This document shows, in pieces, positions 28,602 through 38,670 of a DNA stretch of 64,000 nt. A program made the position numbers and the translations under genes. The DNA comes from an uncultured Eubacteriales bacterium (GTDB lineage: Bacteria > Bacillota > Clostridia > Christensenellales > Aristaeellaceae), in assembly GCA_902796025.1 (NCBI GenBank), contig CADBNW010000060.1, positions 972 through 64,971 of the forward strand, written 5' to 3'. The notes beneath the pieces are model-generated. The model did not search any database and was not told where the DNA came from. It saw only the letters and a list, made by a program, of their open reading frames with translations. Every line of letters begins with the position of its first letter. Position 1 is the first letter of the stretch.

Positions 28602-29645
28602 ATGACCGAATGCACCCTGCACGACCCCGCCGTACGCCTGCTTGGCCGCCTGGACGAAACGCAGCAGATCATCTCCTTCGACTGGACGGCCAGCGGCTTT
28701 GAAACCATGCTGCGCGGCAGCGAGCTTTGGGCGGAAATGGAATCCACCGACCCGGAGCACGACATTTGGGCCGCAGTCTACGTGGACGACGCGCCCGTTT
28801 CCCGCTTTCTCGTGGAGCCCGGCAAGCGCTGGTATCCGCTGGTCCGCCACATGAGTGCGGAGCTATGCCGCCGCGTGAGCCTCGTAAAGGAGACCCAGCC
28901 CATGCCCCACGCCCCGGCCTCCACCCTGCGCGTGCACGGCCTGCGCTACGACGGGGCGCTTTCTCTTCCCGCGCCGCACAGGCTCCGCATCGAATTTATC
29001 GGCGACTCCCTAAGCAGCGCCGAGGGCGCGCTGGCCCCAAAGGACAACAGCGAATGGCTCAGCATGTGGTTTACCGCGACCGGCAACTACTCCTTTTACT
29101 GCTGCCGGACACTGGACGCCGAGCGCCGGGTGCTGTCCCAAAGCGGGCGCGGTGTATACTGGGACTATACCGGCAACCGCCAGGGCAACATGCAGGACGA
29201 TTACGAAACCGTCTGCGGCGTGCTGCGCGGCGACGCGCCTGAGGCCCGCGGCTGCCAAAAGCCCTATGATTTTGCCTCGTGGCCGGCGGACGTCGTGTGC
29301 ATCCGCCTTTTGAGCAACGACGCCAGCGGCCTTCGGGCGCGCGGCGTAAATGATGAAAACACCCAGGAGCTGATCGACGGCGCGGCGGCGTTTTTGAAAA
29401 AGGTCCGCCTGCGCAACCCCAGCGCGTACCTTCTTTGGATCCTGCCCGCCAGCGACACCATGCCGGAGCTGGGCGTGCAGGTCGTGGGCAAGTGCGTAAA
29501 AGAAGGCATGCAGCGCGTAAGCACCTTTACTTTGCCCGATTACGGGCCCGAGGACATGGGCGCGCGCAATCATCCAAACGCCGCCTACAACGCCCGCGCC
29601 GGGCTGCTGCTTGCAAATCACCTAAAGCAGCTTCTCAGCCTCTGA
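28602..29645 (+). CDS. SGNH/GDSL esterase with N-terminal beta-sandwich (CE2-like acetyl esterase)
   Basis: Start trimmed to the ATG at 28602, because the track start at 28470 overlaps the upstream gene. The block I motif is IEFIGDSLSS, and a C-terminal NHPN histidine is present. Confidence 0.7.
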   Translation: MTECTLHDPAVRLLGRLDETQQIISFDWTASGFETMLRGSELWAEMESTDPEHDIWAAVYVDDAPVSRFLVEPGKRWYPLVRHMSAELCRRVSLVKETQPMPHAPASTLRVHGLRYDGALSLPAPHRLRIEFIGDSLSSAEGALAPKDNSEWLSMWFTATGNYSFYCCRTLDAERRVLSQSGRGVYWDYTGNRQGNMQDDYETVCGVLRGDAPEARGCQKPYDFASWPADVVCIRLLSNDASGLRARGVNDENTQELIDGAAAFLKKVRLRNPSAYLLWILPASDTMPELGVQVVGKCVKEGMQRVSTFTLPDYGPEDMGARNHPNAAYNARAGLLLANHLKQLLSL

Positions 29646-29646
29646 T

Positions 29647-30393
29647 ATGGCGCTGTATGCGATCGGCGATCTGCACCTGCATTTCGCTTCTGACCTGAGG
29701 GCCCCGGGCCAACTGAACAGCAAGCTTTGGCAAAACCACGAGCAGCGCTTTGCAGACATCTGCGAAGCCCTGATAAAGCCGGACGACACGCTTTTGCTGC
29801 TTGGCGACCACAGCTGGGGCAAAAACCTCGATCAGGCCGCGCCGGATCTGGACTACATTTGCCGCCTCCCCGGCAAAAAGATCCTGCTTCGCGGCAACCA
29901 CGATATGTTCTGGGACGCCAAGAAGACCGCGCAGCTAAACAGCATGTACGAAGGCCGGCTGCGCTTTTTGCAGAACAACTTTTACCCCTACCGAGACTTT
30001 GCCCTTGTTGGCACCAAGGGCTACACCTTCGAGGGCCCCTTCCGCGTAAACGCCCGGGGGCAGGTGATCGGCTGGGACGAGAACGCAAAAAAGCACGCCG
30101 ACGCACTTGTCGAGCGGGAAATGGAGCGCCTTGAGGCCTCCTTTCAGGACGCGTGCAGCCAGGGCTATTCCCGCTTTATCATGCTTTTGCACTATCCCCC
30201 CACAAGCGTTCTTGAGCGGGAAAGCGATTTTACGCGCATCGCCGAAAAGTACCGGGTCCAGCAGGTCGTCTATGCCCACTGTCACGGGCAAGCGCGCTTT
30301 CACGACAGCGTGATCGGCATGATGCACGGCATCCGCTACGACCTCGCCTCCGGCGATTATCTCAAATGGCAGCCGCTAAAGATCCTCCCATAA
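29647..30393 (+). CDS. Metallophosphoesterase
   Basis: 248 aa. ALYAIGDLHLHF, LLLLGDHSWG and LRGNHD are calcineurin-like phosphoesterase motifs. Confidence 0.8.
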   Translation: MALYAIGDLHLHFASDLRAPGQLNSKLWQNHEQRFADICEALIKPDDTLLLLGDHSWGKNLDQAAPDLDYICRLPGKKILLRGNHDMFWDAKKTAQLNSMYEGRLRFLQNNFYPYRDFALVGTKGYTFEGPFRVNARGQVIGWDENAKKHADALVEREMERLEASFQDACSQGYSRFIMLLHYPPTSVLERESDFTRIAEKYRVQQVVYAHCHGQARFHDSVIGMMHGIRYDLASGDYLKWQPLKILP

Positions 30394-30415
30394 AAGTACA
30401 AAAGAGGAGAAGCCT

Positions 30416-33133
30416 ATGAAAATCACAAATCTTTTGACCAACCACATCGACCGTCCCCTGGGCTTTGGCTTTGAAAAGGCGCGCCTCAGCTGGCAGGTAA
30501 CGGAAGCAGCAGGCAACAGGGCCGTATGCGAGCGCATCCAGATATCCCTTTCCCCTTCCGATGAAGCGCCTATCTACGATTCCGGCGCGCTCAACGGTGC
30601 GCTTCCGGACAGCAGCGGCTGGGTCTTGCCCATGGACCTTAAGCCCCGCACCCGCTACTACTGGCGCGTGTACGTAAAGGACGATCTGGGAGACGAGGCC
30701 TTCAGCGACTGGACCTGGTTTGAAACGCCAAAAGCCGCAGACGAAGCCTGGCAGGCCTCCTGGATCACCTCGCCCTTTGGGCGCGACTGCCGCCCCATAT
30801 TCACAAAGCGCTTTGCCTGCACCTCGGATGTAAAAAAAGCGCGCCTCTACCTTCTTGGCCTTGGCCTTTATGAAGCGTACTTAAACGGCAAAAAGCTCGG
30901 CAGCGAGGTGCTGGCCCCCGGCTTTCACGCCTACGACAGCTACCTTATGTATCAGACGCTGGAGCTTAGTCCCGTTGAAGGCGAAAACGTGCTTGAGGTC
31001 TGGCTTGGCGAAGGCTGGTACATGGGCCACTACGGCTTAAAGCCCCGCGCGCCCAAATACGGCGACCAGTACGCGCTGCTTGCGGAAGTCCACCTTTGCC
31101 ATGAAGGCGGCAGCGAGGAAGTTTTCGGCACGGGCGAAGACTGGCTCGTCACCTGCAGCCCGATCCGCTTTGACAGCATCTACGACGGCGAAACCTGGGA
31201 CGCCACCCTTTTGCCGGGCGATCCCCTGCCCGCCCTCCGAATGGACGCCCCCAAGTCCCCCCTCGGCGCGCGCATCAATCCCCTGATCGAGCGCCACGAA
31301 AGCTTTACTCCCTCTCTCACCCAGCACCCGCAGGTCCTGGACATGGGACAGAACTTTGCCGGCTGGTGCGAATTCGACTGCGACGCGCCCAAAGGCACGG
31401 TCATTCGCCTGCTCTACGGCGAATACATGAAGGATGGCGACATCTATCGCGAAAACCTGCGCACCGCAAAGCAGGAATTCGTCTACGTCTCCGACGGCGT
31501 TCCCCGCCGCGTGCGCCCTCGCTTTACCTACTACGGCTTCCGCTACGTAAAGGTAGAGGGCTGGCCGGGCGCGCTGGATCCCACGCGCTTTGAGGGCCGC
31601 GCGATCTATTCCTCCCTGCGGCGCACTGGCGAGATCGCAACCGGAAACGAGCAGGTGAACCGCCTCTTCTTAAACACCCTTTGGAGCCTCAAAAGCAACT
31701 TCCTGGATGTCCCCACCGATTGCCCTCAGCGGGACGAGCGCATGGGCTGGACGGGCGATATCCAGATCTTTGCAGACACCGCCTCCTACCACATGGACAC
31801 CGCCGCATTCCTCGATAAGTTCATGCGCGACCTGCGCTGCGAGCAAATGCGCTTAGACGGCTCCGTGCCCTGCGTCGTGCCCATGTGCCGCTATGAACTA
31901 AACGGCGTCGCTGCCTGGGGCGACGCGGCCTGCGTCATCCCCTGGCAGCTTTACCTGCACACGGGAGACTGCGACATGCTTGCGCGCCAGCTGCCCGCGA
32001 TGTGCGACTGGGTGGATTGGATTCTGCGCCATTCCATGGACAAGGATTCGATGTACCTGTGGGCCCACAGCCCGCAGCTTGGCGACTGGCTGGCGCTTGA
32101 CGGCGACAGCGTCTACGGCGGCACGGATCGCACTTTTGTCGCGACGGCGTACTTTTACTACTCCGCCATGCTTACCGCAAAGGCCGCAGGGGTCCTTGGC
32201 AAAAAGGATCTGCAAGCGAAGTATCAAGGCATCGCAGACAGCGTCAAAGCCGCCTTCCAGCGCGAGTACTTCACCCCCAGCGGGCGCATCGCGGTGCGCA
32301 CACAGACCGCCTGCGTGATGAGCCTGTACCTGGGTCTGTGCCCCGGCGACGCCATCCAACCCACCGCCTGGCTTCTAGAACAGCTCCTGCGCGAAAACGG
32401 CTGCGCGCTGTCCACCGGCTTTGTGGGCACGCCCTGGCTTTTGCCCGTGCTGTGCGATCATGGCCTCCAGGCCCTTGCCTACGATCTTTTGCTTCGCCAG
32501 GACTTCCCCAGCTGGATGTACGAGCTCAACAACGGCGCCACCACGATCTGGGAGCGCTGGAATTCCATCGAACCGGACGGCAGCATGAACAAAGACGGCA
32601 TGAATTCCTTTAACCACTACGCCTACGGCTCCGTCGCGGGCTGGATGTACCGCTACGCCATGGGCTTAAGCCCCGTCGAGGATGAGCCGGGCTTCCGCAG
32701 GGTGCGCTTTGCCCCCAAGCCCGATCCCCGCATCGGCAGCGTGAGCGCCTCCTTCGAAAGTCCCTGCGGCACGTACAAAGTGCAGTGGAACTTTACGAAC
32801 AATCAGTGGCGCTGCCAGCTCACGATCCCCTTTGGCTGCGCCGCCGACGTATCGCTGCCAGGCGGCAAGGAATGCACGCTTTACGCGGGCATGCACGAGC
32901 TGATGTGCCCCTTTGGCAAGCGCTATCACAGCCTCGACAGCTCCTTGGACGCCCTTTTGACCGATCCCAAAACGCGCGAGGTCATCTCGGAGTATTTCCC
33001 AAAGGCACTTAAGGGCATCCCCTTCCAGTACGAAATGCACACCATGCGCCAGCTGGTCTCCTCCCCCTTTGCCGAGATCAGCGCAAGCGAAGTCGAAGCG
33101 CTCGACGAAGCGCTTAAGAAGTGCGAGATCTAA
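30416..33133 (+). CDS. GH78 alpha-L-rhamnosidase
   Basis: 905 aa. The hallmark DVPTDCPQRDERMGWTGD is present, along with the N-terminal bacterial rhamnosidase pattern (RYYWRV, WFET). Confidence 0.88.
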   Translation: MKITNLLTNHIDRPLGFGFEKARLSWQVTEAAGNRAVCERIQISLSPSDEAPIYDSGALNGALPDSSGWVLPMDLKPRTRYYWRVYVKDDLGDEAFSDWTWFETPKAADEAWQASWITSPFGRDCRPIFTKRFACTSDVKKARLYLLGLGLYEAYLNGKKLGSEVLAPGFHAYDSYLMYQTLELSPVEGENVLEVWLGEGWYMGHYGLKPRAPKYGDQYALLAEVHLCHEGGSEEVFGTGEDWLVTCSPIRFDSIYDGETWDATLLPGDPLPALRMDAPKSPLGARINPLIERHESFTPSLTQHPQVLDMGQNFAGWCEFDCDAPKGTVIRLLYGEYMKDGDIYRENLRTAKQEFVYVSDGVPRRVRPRFTYYGFRYVKVEGWPGALDPTRFEGRAIYSSLRRTGEIATGNEQVNRLFLNTLWSLKSNFLDVPTDCPQRDERMGWTGDIQIFADTASYHMDTAAFLDKFMRDLRCEQMRLDGSVPCVVPMCRYELNGVAAWGDAACVIPWQLYLHTGDCDMLARQLPAMCDWVDWILRHSMDKDSMYLWAHSPQLGDWLALDGDSVYGGTDRTFVATAYFYYSAMLTAKAAGVLGKKDLQAKYQGIADSVKAAFQREYFTPSGRIAVRTQTACVMSLYLGLCPGDAIQPTAWLLEQLLRENGCALSTGFVGTPWLLPVLCDHGLQALAYDLLLRQDFPSWMYELNNGATTIWERWNSIEPDGSMNKDGMNSFNHYAYGSVAGWMYRYAMGLSPVEDEPGFRRVRFAPKPDPRIGSVSASFESPCGTYKVQWNFTNNQWRCQLTIPFGCAADVSLPGGKECTLYAGMHELMCPFGKRYHSLDSSLDALLTDPKTREVISEYFPKALKGIPFQYEMHTMRQLVSSPFAEISASEVEALDEALKKCEI

Positions 33134-33426
33134 TCCCCATCAAAAAGGGCTGTTGCACAAATGTAAAAGCCCGGGGTAGCTTGGAGGGGCCGCAGCCCCT
33201 CCAATTTCGATCCGCAGGGGTAGCTTTGCCGCCCCAAGGACGATTTTTGCAAAGCAATGCTTGCCCTGCGAGAGCAAAAACTGCTTCCCTCTTGCCCAAG
33301 CTTTTACGCCCGGCGTTTTGTCCAAAACACAAATCAGGGCGACCTAACCAACCGCTCAAAATGGATCTCCGATTCATTTTGAGCGATAAGCTGCGCAACA
33401 GCCCCCATATTTAGGAGGATTCTATT

Positions 33427-34227
33427 ATGTCCTTTATCGACCGTGAGCTTATGCCCGGCGTCCATCACATTGAGGACGCGCTCGGCGTGTGCTTTACCCT
33501 GCTTCTTGGCAATAAGCGCGCGCTGCTGTTGGATGCGGGCTACGGGCTTGAGGACGTGCGCGCGTTTGTGCAGTCGATCAGTCCCGTCCCCGTAACGCTC
33601 TGGCTCAGCCACGGCCACCACGATCACGCCCCTGGGGCGATGTGGTTTGACGAGGTGTGGATGCATCCAAAGGAAGCAAGCGTATTTTACGCCTACACCT
33701 CCCCAGCAAAAAGGCAAGGCGTCCTTGAAAGCGCGCGCCAAAGGGGCGTGCTGCCCGCGCGCGGGGATTACGCTTCCGCCACCATGCCACCTGTCCTCTT
33801 TTCAGAAGAAAGCGAAATCGACCTTGGCGGCCTAAGCGCCCATCTCCTTCCCCTGCCTGGTCACACCCCCGGCTCCATGGTCGTTTACATTCCCCAGCAC
33901 CGTCTTTTGCTCAGCGGCGATGACTGGAACCCCACCACCTGGCTGTTTTTCCCGGAGGCGCTGGACGTTTGGCGCTATAAACAAAACATGATGGGGCTTA
34001 CACGCCTGCCCTTTGAGCGCGTGCTCTGTCCCCACCGAAGCGCCCTGTATGGCAGGCAGCAGCTTGACGCCTTTCTTGACGCGCTCACACCAGAAACTTT
34101 GAAGGCCGCCTCCCCCTCCTCCGCCGGAAACGCGCTTGGCATCGACACCCGCGAGGCGCATCTGCCCATGGAGCAGACCCTCGTCTTCGACTGGAACAAG
34201 GCCTTCCCTCCGCAGGGCGCATATTAG
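33427..34227 (+). CDS. MBL-fold metallo-hydrolase
   Basis: 266 aa. LLLDAGYG...WLSHGHHDH is the HxHxDH motif. TAGGAGGA RBS. Confidence 0.8.
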   Translation: MSFIDRELMPGVHHIEDALGVCFTLLLGNKRALLLDAGYGLEDVRAFVQSISPVPVTLWLSHGHHDHAPGAMWFDEVWMHPKEASVFYAYTSPAKRQGVLESARQRGVLPARGDYASATMPPVLFSEESEIDLGGLSAHLLPLPGHTPGSMVVYIPQHRLLLSGDDWNPTTWLFFPEALDVWRYKQNMMGLTRLPFERVLCPHRSALYGRQQLDAFLDALTPETLKAASPSSAGNALGIDTREAHLPMEQTLVFDWNKAFPPQGAY

Positions 34228-34341
34228 ACACACGCGCACAGATTTGTTAGCTTAGGGTAAATTAAAACTATGTTAACTCATTGAACGCGCGCCCAGTGCG
34301 TAGTAAACTATACTTCGATAAACAAACAGGAGGATATATCC

Positions 34342-34512
34342 ATGGCGTATAAAATCAGTGACGATTGCATTTCCTGCGGCGTTTGCGCGGAGAATTGCCC
34401 CGTAGAAGCCATCACCGAAGGCGACGGCAAGTACGTGATCGATCCCGACAAGTGCATTTCCTGCGGTCTGTGCAAGGAAAACTGCCCTGTAAGCGCTCCC
34501 GCTGAGGAATGA
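34342..34512 (+). CDS. 2x[4Fe-4S] ferredoxin (56 aa, below the ORF-track cutoff)
   Basis: My translation is MAYKISDDCISCGVCAENCPVEAITEGDGKYVIDPDKCISCGLCKENCPVSAPAEE. It has two CxxCxxCxxxCP motifs, an AGGAGGA RBS and a terminator directly downstream. Confidence 0.9.
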   Translation: MAYKISDDCISCGVCAENCPVEAITEGDGKYVIDPDKCISCGLCKENCPVSAPAEE

Positions 34513-34522
34513 TCCAAGGCAT

Positions 34523-34559
34523 AAAAAAGCAGGCCGGCGTTTTGCCGGTCTGCTTTTTT
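34523..34559. terminator. Bidirectional intrinsic terminator between convergent genes
   Basis: AAAAAAGCAGGCCGGC-gtttt-GCCGGTCTGCTTTTTT: an 11-bp stem flanked by A6 and T6. Confidence 0.8.
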
Positions 34560-34576
34560 GTTTACTGCTTCGAGCC

Positions 34577-35134
34577 TCAGGCCTCTGCGGGCACAAAGTC
34601 CAGATCGCTCAAAAAGTCGATGCACATGGTCACCTGCTCGTCGGTCAGGCTCATGCCCTCGGCGGGAACCAGCACGAACTCGATGGAGTAACCCTTGTAG
34701 AAGGTCATGATGTCCACGTACTCGTAGTCTTCGTTTGCAACGTGCACCACAAACAGCTCAGTGCCGTAGGCAGTGTAGTCCTTGGTCACCGTAACGGTGT
34801 CGGGAAGCTCGTCCTCGTAGAAGCTGGCCTCAAGCAGGGCCTTGTCTTCTTCGTTCATATCGTTCAGGCGCTCCAGATCGAAGAACTCCTCGTTGAAGGC
34901 GATGGAGAGCATCATCGTGGGCTTGGTCTCGTCCTCAGAAGAGATCATGCCAAAGATCTGGCTGTCGGTGTTGTACATGATCTCGATCTCGTAGCCGTCC
35001 GCCAGCACGCCCTTCAGGGTGAACTGATCGTTTACGTTCAGGCTGCCGATCTCCTGCTTTTCAGCGGTCTCCGCCAGGGCGGATACGCCAAGCAGCATCG
35101 CAAGGCACAGAGCAAAAGCCAATAATTTCTTCAT
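34577..35134 (-). CDS. Secreted acidic protein, unknown function
   Basis: 185 aa. The signal peptide is MKKLLAFALCLAMLLGVSALA. AAGGAGA RBS. I recognised no motif. Confidence 0.7.
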   Translation of the reverse strand: MKKLLAFALCLAMLLGVSALAETAEKQEIGSLNVNDQFTLKGVLADGYEIEIMYNTDSQIFGMISSEDETKPTMMLSIAFNEEFFDLERLNDMNEEDKALLEASFYEDELPDTVTVTKDYTAYGTELFVVHVANEDYEYVDIMTFYKGYSIEFVLVPAEGMSLTDEQVTMCIDFLSDLDFVPAEA

Positions 35135-35177
35135 AGCGGTATTCTCCTTACTTCAAGTCGTGATCTGCCTATGCTTC

Positions 35178-35780
35178 TTACATGGGCACCACAGAGGTGT
35201 ACTTCTTGCTGATAAAGCCGATCCTGCCGGTCTCGGGATCCTGCACCTGGTACCAGTTGTTGCCTTCAGCGATGGCGGTCAGGCGCTTGCCGGAGGGGAA
35301 GGAGGTGATGATGCTGGCGGCAGTGTTGGGAGCCCAGCGGAAGTATACCCAGCTGGATACACGGTTGGGGGCCACGGCCAGGGTCACGGGGGTTGACAGC
35401 ACCTTCATGGACTTGAACTCGCTGTTGACCTGGGTCATGGAGGTGTCGGCAGCCGTCTTGTTGGTGGTCTTGCTGGCGGTCTTGCTGGGGGTGCTGGTGG
35501 GCTTGGTGGTGCTAAGGTAGCGGCTTGCTACGTAGCCTTCGCCCTTGCTGCCAAAGAGGACCTTGGCCCAGCCGTTGGACTGGACGCTTACGACGGTCAC
35601 GGGTTCACCGTATTTAATGCTGCCCAGGATATTATTGCCGACCCTTGCAGCGCTGCGCACGTTCAGGCCGACACCGGTCTTGGTGACGACGTACATGGTG
35701 GTCTCCGCAGAAGCGAAGGGCAGGAAGAGCGCGGCCAGAAGCGCCAGCGCCAGAGCAAGAGTAACGACGCGTTTGAACAT
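35178..35780 (-). CDS. Secreted protein with two SH3b-like domains joined by a Thr/Ser/Lys linker
   Basis: Start trimmed to the ATG at 35780, after AGGAGG. The signal peptide is MFKRVVTLALALALLAALFLPFASA. GLNVRSAARVGNNILGSIKYGEPVTV...GYVASRYL is followed by a second, similar module. Confidence 0.75.
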   Translation of the reverse strand: MFKRVVTLALALALLAALFLPFASAETTMYVVTKTGVGLNVRSAARVGNNILGSIKYGEPVTVVSVQSNGWAKVLFGSKGEGYVASRYLSTTKPTSTPSKTASKTTNKTAADTSMTQVNSEFKSMKVLSTPVTLAVAPNRVSSWVYFRWAPNTAASIITSFPSGKRLTAIAEGNNWYQVQDPETGRIGFISKKYTSVVPM

Positions 35781-36108
35781 GGATTCTGCCTCCTGTATTC
35801 CACGGGCGCGGCTTGCCCCGCGCGCCGTGTGATAATGTGTGAGGTGTTGCAACCTCGTCGCGTGTGTTGAACGCGGCCAACAACTAATTATACTCCGCAA
35901 ATCGCGGGGATGGCAATAAAGTTGTAACGATTTACCAACTATTAATATTATCGCGTGAAAATTCGTTCCCTCCTTTCCTTTTCCGCCCCTTTCGGCCGCA
36001 AATTTACAAAACCTTCTTTTGCCATCTTTCTTTTACGCCCGCCCGCTTGAAAAATGTGGAAATAGGTGTATAATGTAAGCATACCACAACAGTATATGGA
36101 GGTTGATT

Positions 36109-37905
36109 ATGGCAAAGAGCAGACTCATCGGTGAATATCCCGTGATCGGCATCCGCCCCACCATCGACGGACGCCGCGGCGCGCTGAAGGTGCGCGAATC
36201 GCTGGAAGATCAGACAATGAACATGGCAAAATCCGCCGCGAAGCTGTTTGAGGACAATCTTCGCTATTCCAACGGCGAAAAAGTAAAGGTCGTCATCGCG
36301 GACACCACCATCGGCCGCGTGGCCGAGGCCGCCGCCTGCGCCGCAAAATTCAAAAAAGAAGGCGTCGCCATCACCCTTACGGTCACTCCCTGCTGGTGCT
36401 ACGGCAGCGAGACCATGGATATGGAAAAAGACACCATCAAGGCCGTTTGGGGCTTTAACGGCACCGAGCGCCCCGGCGCGGTGTATCTGGCAAGCGTTCT
36501 GGCCTCCCACGCCCAGAAGGGCCTGCCCGCCTTTGGCATTTACGGCAGAGACGTACAGGACGCCGACTGCACCGAGATCCCAGACGACGTAAAGGAAAAG
36601 CTGCTTCGCTTCGGCCGGGCGGCCGTAGCCGTCGCCACCATGCGCGGCAAGAGCTATCTGCAGATCGGCTCCATCTGCATGGGCATCGCCGGCTCCACCA
36701 TCAATCCCGAATTTGTGGAAGAATACCTGGGCATGCGCGTTGAAAGCGTGGATGAAGTCGAGATCATCCGCCGCATGACCGAGGGCATCTACGATAAGAA
36801 GGAATACAAAAAGGCCCTGGAGTGGACCAAAGCGCACGCCATCGAGGGCTTTGACAAAAACCCCGAGGAACTGCAAAAGGACAGAAAGCAAAAGGACAAG
36901 GACTGGGAGTTCACCGTCAAGATGATGTGCATCATCAAGGACCTGATGAACGGCAATTCCAAGCTGCCCAAGGGCCGAGAGGAAGAAATGGTCGGCCACA
37001 ACGCCCTGGTCGCCGGCTTCCAGGGACAGCGCCAGTGGACGGACTTCTATCCCAACTGCGACTATCCCGAGGCGCTTTTGAACACCTCCTTCGACTGGAA
37101 CGGCGCGCGCGAGCCCTACGTTCTGGCAACCGAGAACGATACCCTCAACGGCATCGGCATGATGTTCATGAAGCTGCTCACGGGCCGCGCCCAGATGTTT
37201 GCGGACGTGCGCACCTACTGGAGCCCCGAGGCGGTCAAAAAGGCCACCGGCTACAAGCTCGAAGGCAAGGCAAAGGAAGCGGGCGGCTTTATCCACCTGA
37301 TCAACTCCGGTGCGTGCTGCCTTGACGCGACCGGCAAGGCCAAGGACGCAAACGGCAACCCCGTCATGAAGCAGTGGTGGGACGTGACCGAGGAGGATCA
37401 GAAGGCCATCATGGCGGCCACCACCTGGAACTACGCCGACCTTGGCTACTTCCGCGGCGGCGGCTTCTCCAGCCGCTTCGTGACTGACTACGAGATGCCC
37501 GTCACCATGATCCGCCTGAACATCGTCAAGGGTCTTGGCCCGGTCCTGCAGATCGCCGAGGGCTGGACGGTCGCCCTGCCCGAGAAGGTCAACGACATCC
37601 TCTGGAAGCGCACCGACTACACCTGGCCCTGCACCTGGTTCGCCCCGCGCACCGACGGCAAGGAAGGCCCCTTCAAGGATGCCTACAGCGTCATGAACAA
37701 CTGGGGCGCCAACCACGGCGCGATCAGCTACGGCCACATCGGCGCGGATCTCATCACCTTCTGCTCCATGCTGCGCATCCCCGTGTGCATGCACAACGTG
37801 CCGGAAGAGAAGATCTTCCGCCCCGCCAGCTGGAACGCCTTCGGCATGGACAAGGAGGGCGCCGACTATCGCGCCTGCGCCGCCTACGGCCCCATGTACA
37901 AATAA
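36109..37905 (+). CDS. fucI: L-fucose isomerase
   Basis: About 598 aa. [44 protein letters not shown]... is a full-length FucI pattern. The ATG at 36109 lies 6 nt after GGAGG; the track start at 36103 is a TTG. Confidence 0.9.
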   Translation: MAKSRLIGEYPVIGIRPTIDGRRGALKVRESLEDQTMNMAKSAAKLFEDNLRYSNGEKVKVVIADTTIGRVAEAAACAAKFKKEGVAITLTVTPCWCYGSETMDMEKDTIKAVWGFNGTERPGAVYLASVLASHAQKGLPAFGIYGRDVQDADCTEIPDDVKEKLLRFGRAAVAVATMRGKSYLQIGSICMGIAGSTINPEFVEEYLGMRVESVDEVEIIRRMTEGIYDKKEYKKALEWTKAHAIEGFDKNPEELQKDRKQKDKDWEFTVKMMCIIKDLMNGNSKLPKGREEEMVGHNALVAGFQGQRQWTDFYPNCDYPEALLNTSFDWNGAREPYVLATENDTLNGIGMMFMKLLTGRAQMFADVRTYWSPEAVKKATGYKLEGKAKEAGGFIHLINSGACCLDATGKAKDANGNPVMKQWWDVTEEDQKAIMAATTWNYADLGYFRGGGFSSRFVTDYEMPVTMIRLNIVKGLGPVLQIAEGWTVALPEKVNDILWKRTDYTWPCTWFAPRTDGKEGPFKDAYSVMNNWGANHGAISYGHIGADLITFCSMLRIPVCMHNVPEEKIFRPASWNAFGMDKEGADYRACAAYGPMYK

Positions 37906-37920
37906 GCACCAGGAAAGGCT

Positions 37921-37950
37921 TGAGCTGCCTCTGCGGAGGCAGCTCAATTT
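37921..37950 (+). terminator. Intrinsic terminator after fucI
   Basis: TGAGCTGCCTC-tgcg-GAGGCAGCTCA followed by ATTT. Confidence 0.6.
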
Positions 37951-37959
37951 AAAAACACT

Positions 37960-38670
37960 ATGATATTGGACATACTGGGCTGCAACGGCCCCTTCCCCGC
38001 CGGGGGCGGCGCGTGCTCCGGCTATCTCGTCTCCTCAGACGACCGAAAGACCCGTGTGCAGCTGGATCTTGGAAGCGGCGTTTTGGGGCGGCTTATCGAA
38101 AAGCTCGATCCCGCAAGGGAGCTGGACGCACTGGTGCTAAGCCACCTGCACTTCGATCACATGAGCGACGTGCCGGTGCTTGGGTATCTGCTCGATTTCA
38201 CGGCGGACAGGCCCCTTAAGCTCATCTGCCCCGAAACCCCTGCAGAAACGAGAAAGCTGATCAAGGGAAAATTTGACGTCTATCCCCCTGCCGACACGAA
38301 CATCGGCAGCATGCGGCTTGAATTTGTCCAGGGAAAGCATCCCGTGGAGACCTACGCCGTAAAGGTGATCTGCGATGGCTCCACCCTCGTATACACCGGG
38401 GACACCAACGACTGCGCCGAGATCAGCCTCTTTTGCGCCGGTGCGGACGCAATCCTTGCAGACTGCGGGCTGTCCAGCGCAAACTGGGGCCCCGCAAAGC
38501 CCCACATGGACGCGCTGCACTGCGCGCGCCTTGCAAAGGAGGCGGGCGCGCGGGAGCTGATCCTCACCCACCTGTCTCCGCTAAACGATCCAGAGGCACT
38601 GCTTGATGAAGCGCGGGCGATTTTCCCCTCTGCTTACCTGGCCGAGGCGGGCAGCAGCATCCTTATTTGA
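37960..38670 (+). CDS. MBL-fold metallo-hydrolase (RNase Z/ElaC-like size)
   Basis: 236 aa. ACSGYLV...LVLSHLHFDHMSD...YTGDT...THLSP. Confidence 0.8.
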   Translation: MILDILGCNGPFPAGGGACSGYLVSSDDRKTRVQLDLGSGVLGRLIEKLDPARELDALVLSHLHFDHMSDVPVLGYLLDFTADRPLKLICPETPAETRKLIKGKFDVYPPADTNIGSMRLEFVQGKHPVETYAVKVICDGSTLVYTGDTNDCAEISLFCAGADAILADCGLSSANWGPAKPHMDALHCARLAKEAGARELILTHLSPLNDPEALLDEARAIFPSAYLAEAGSSILI

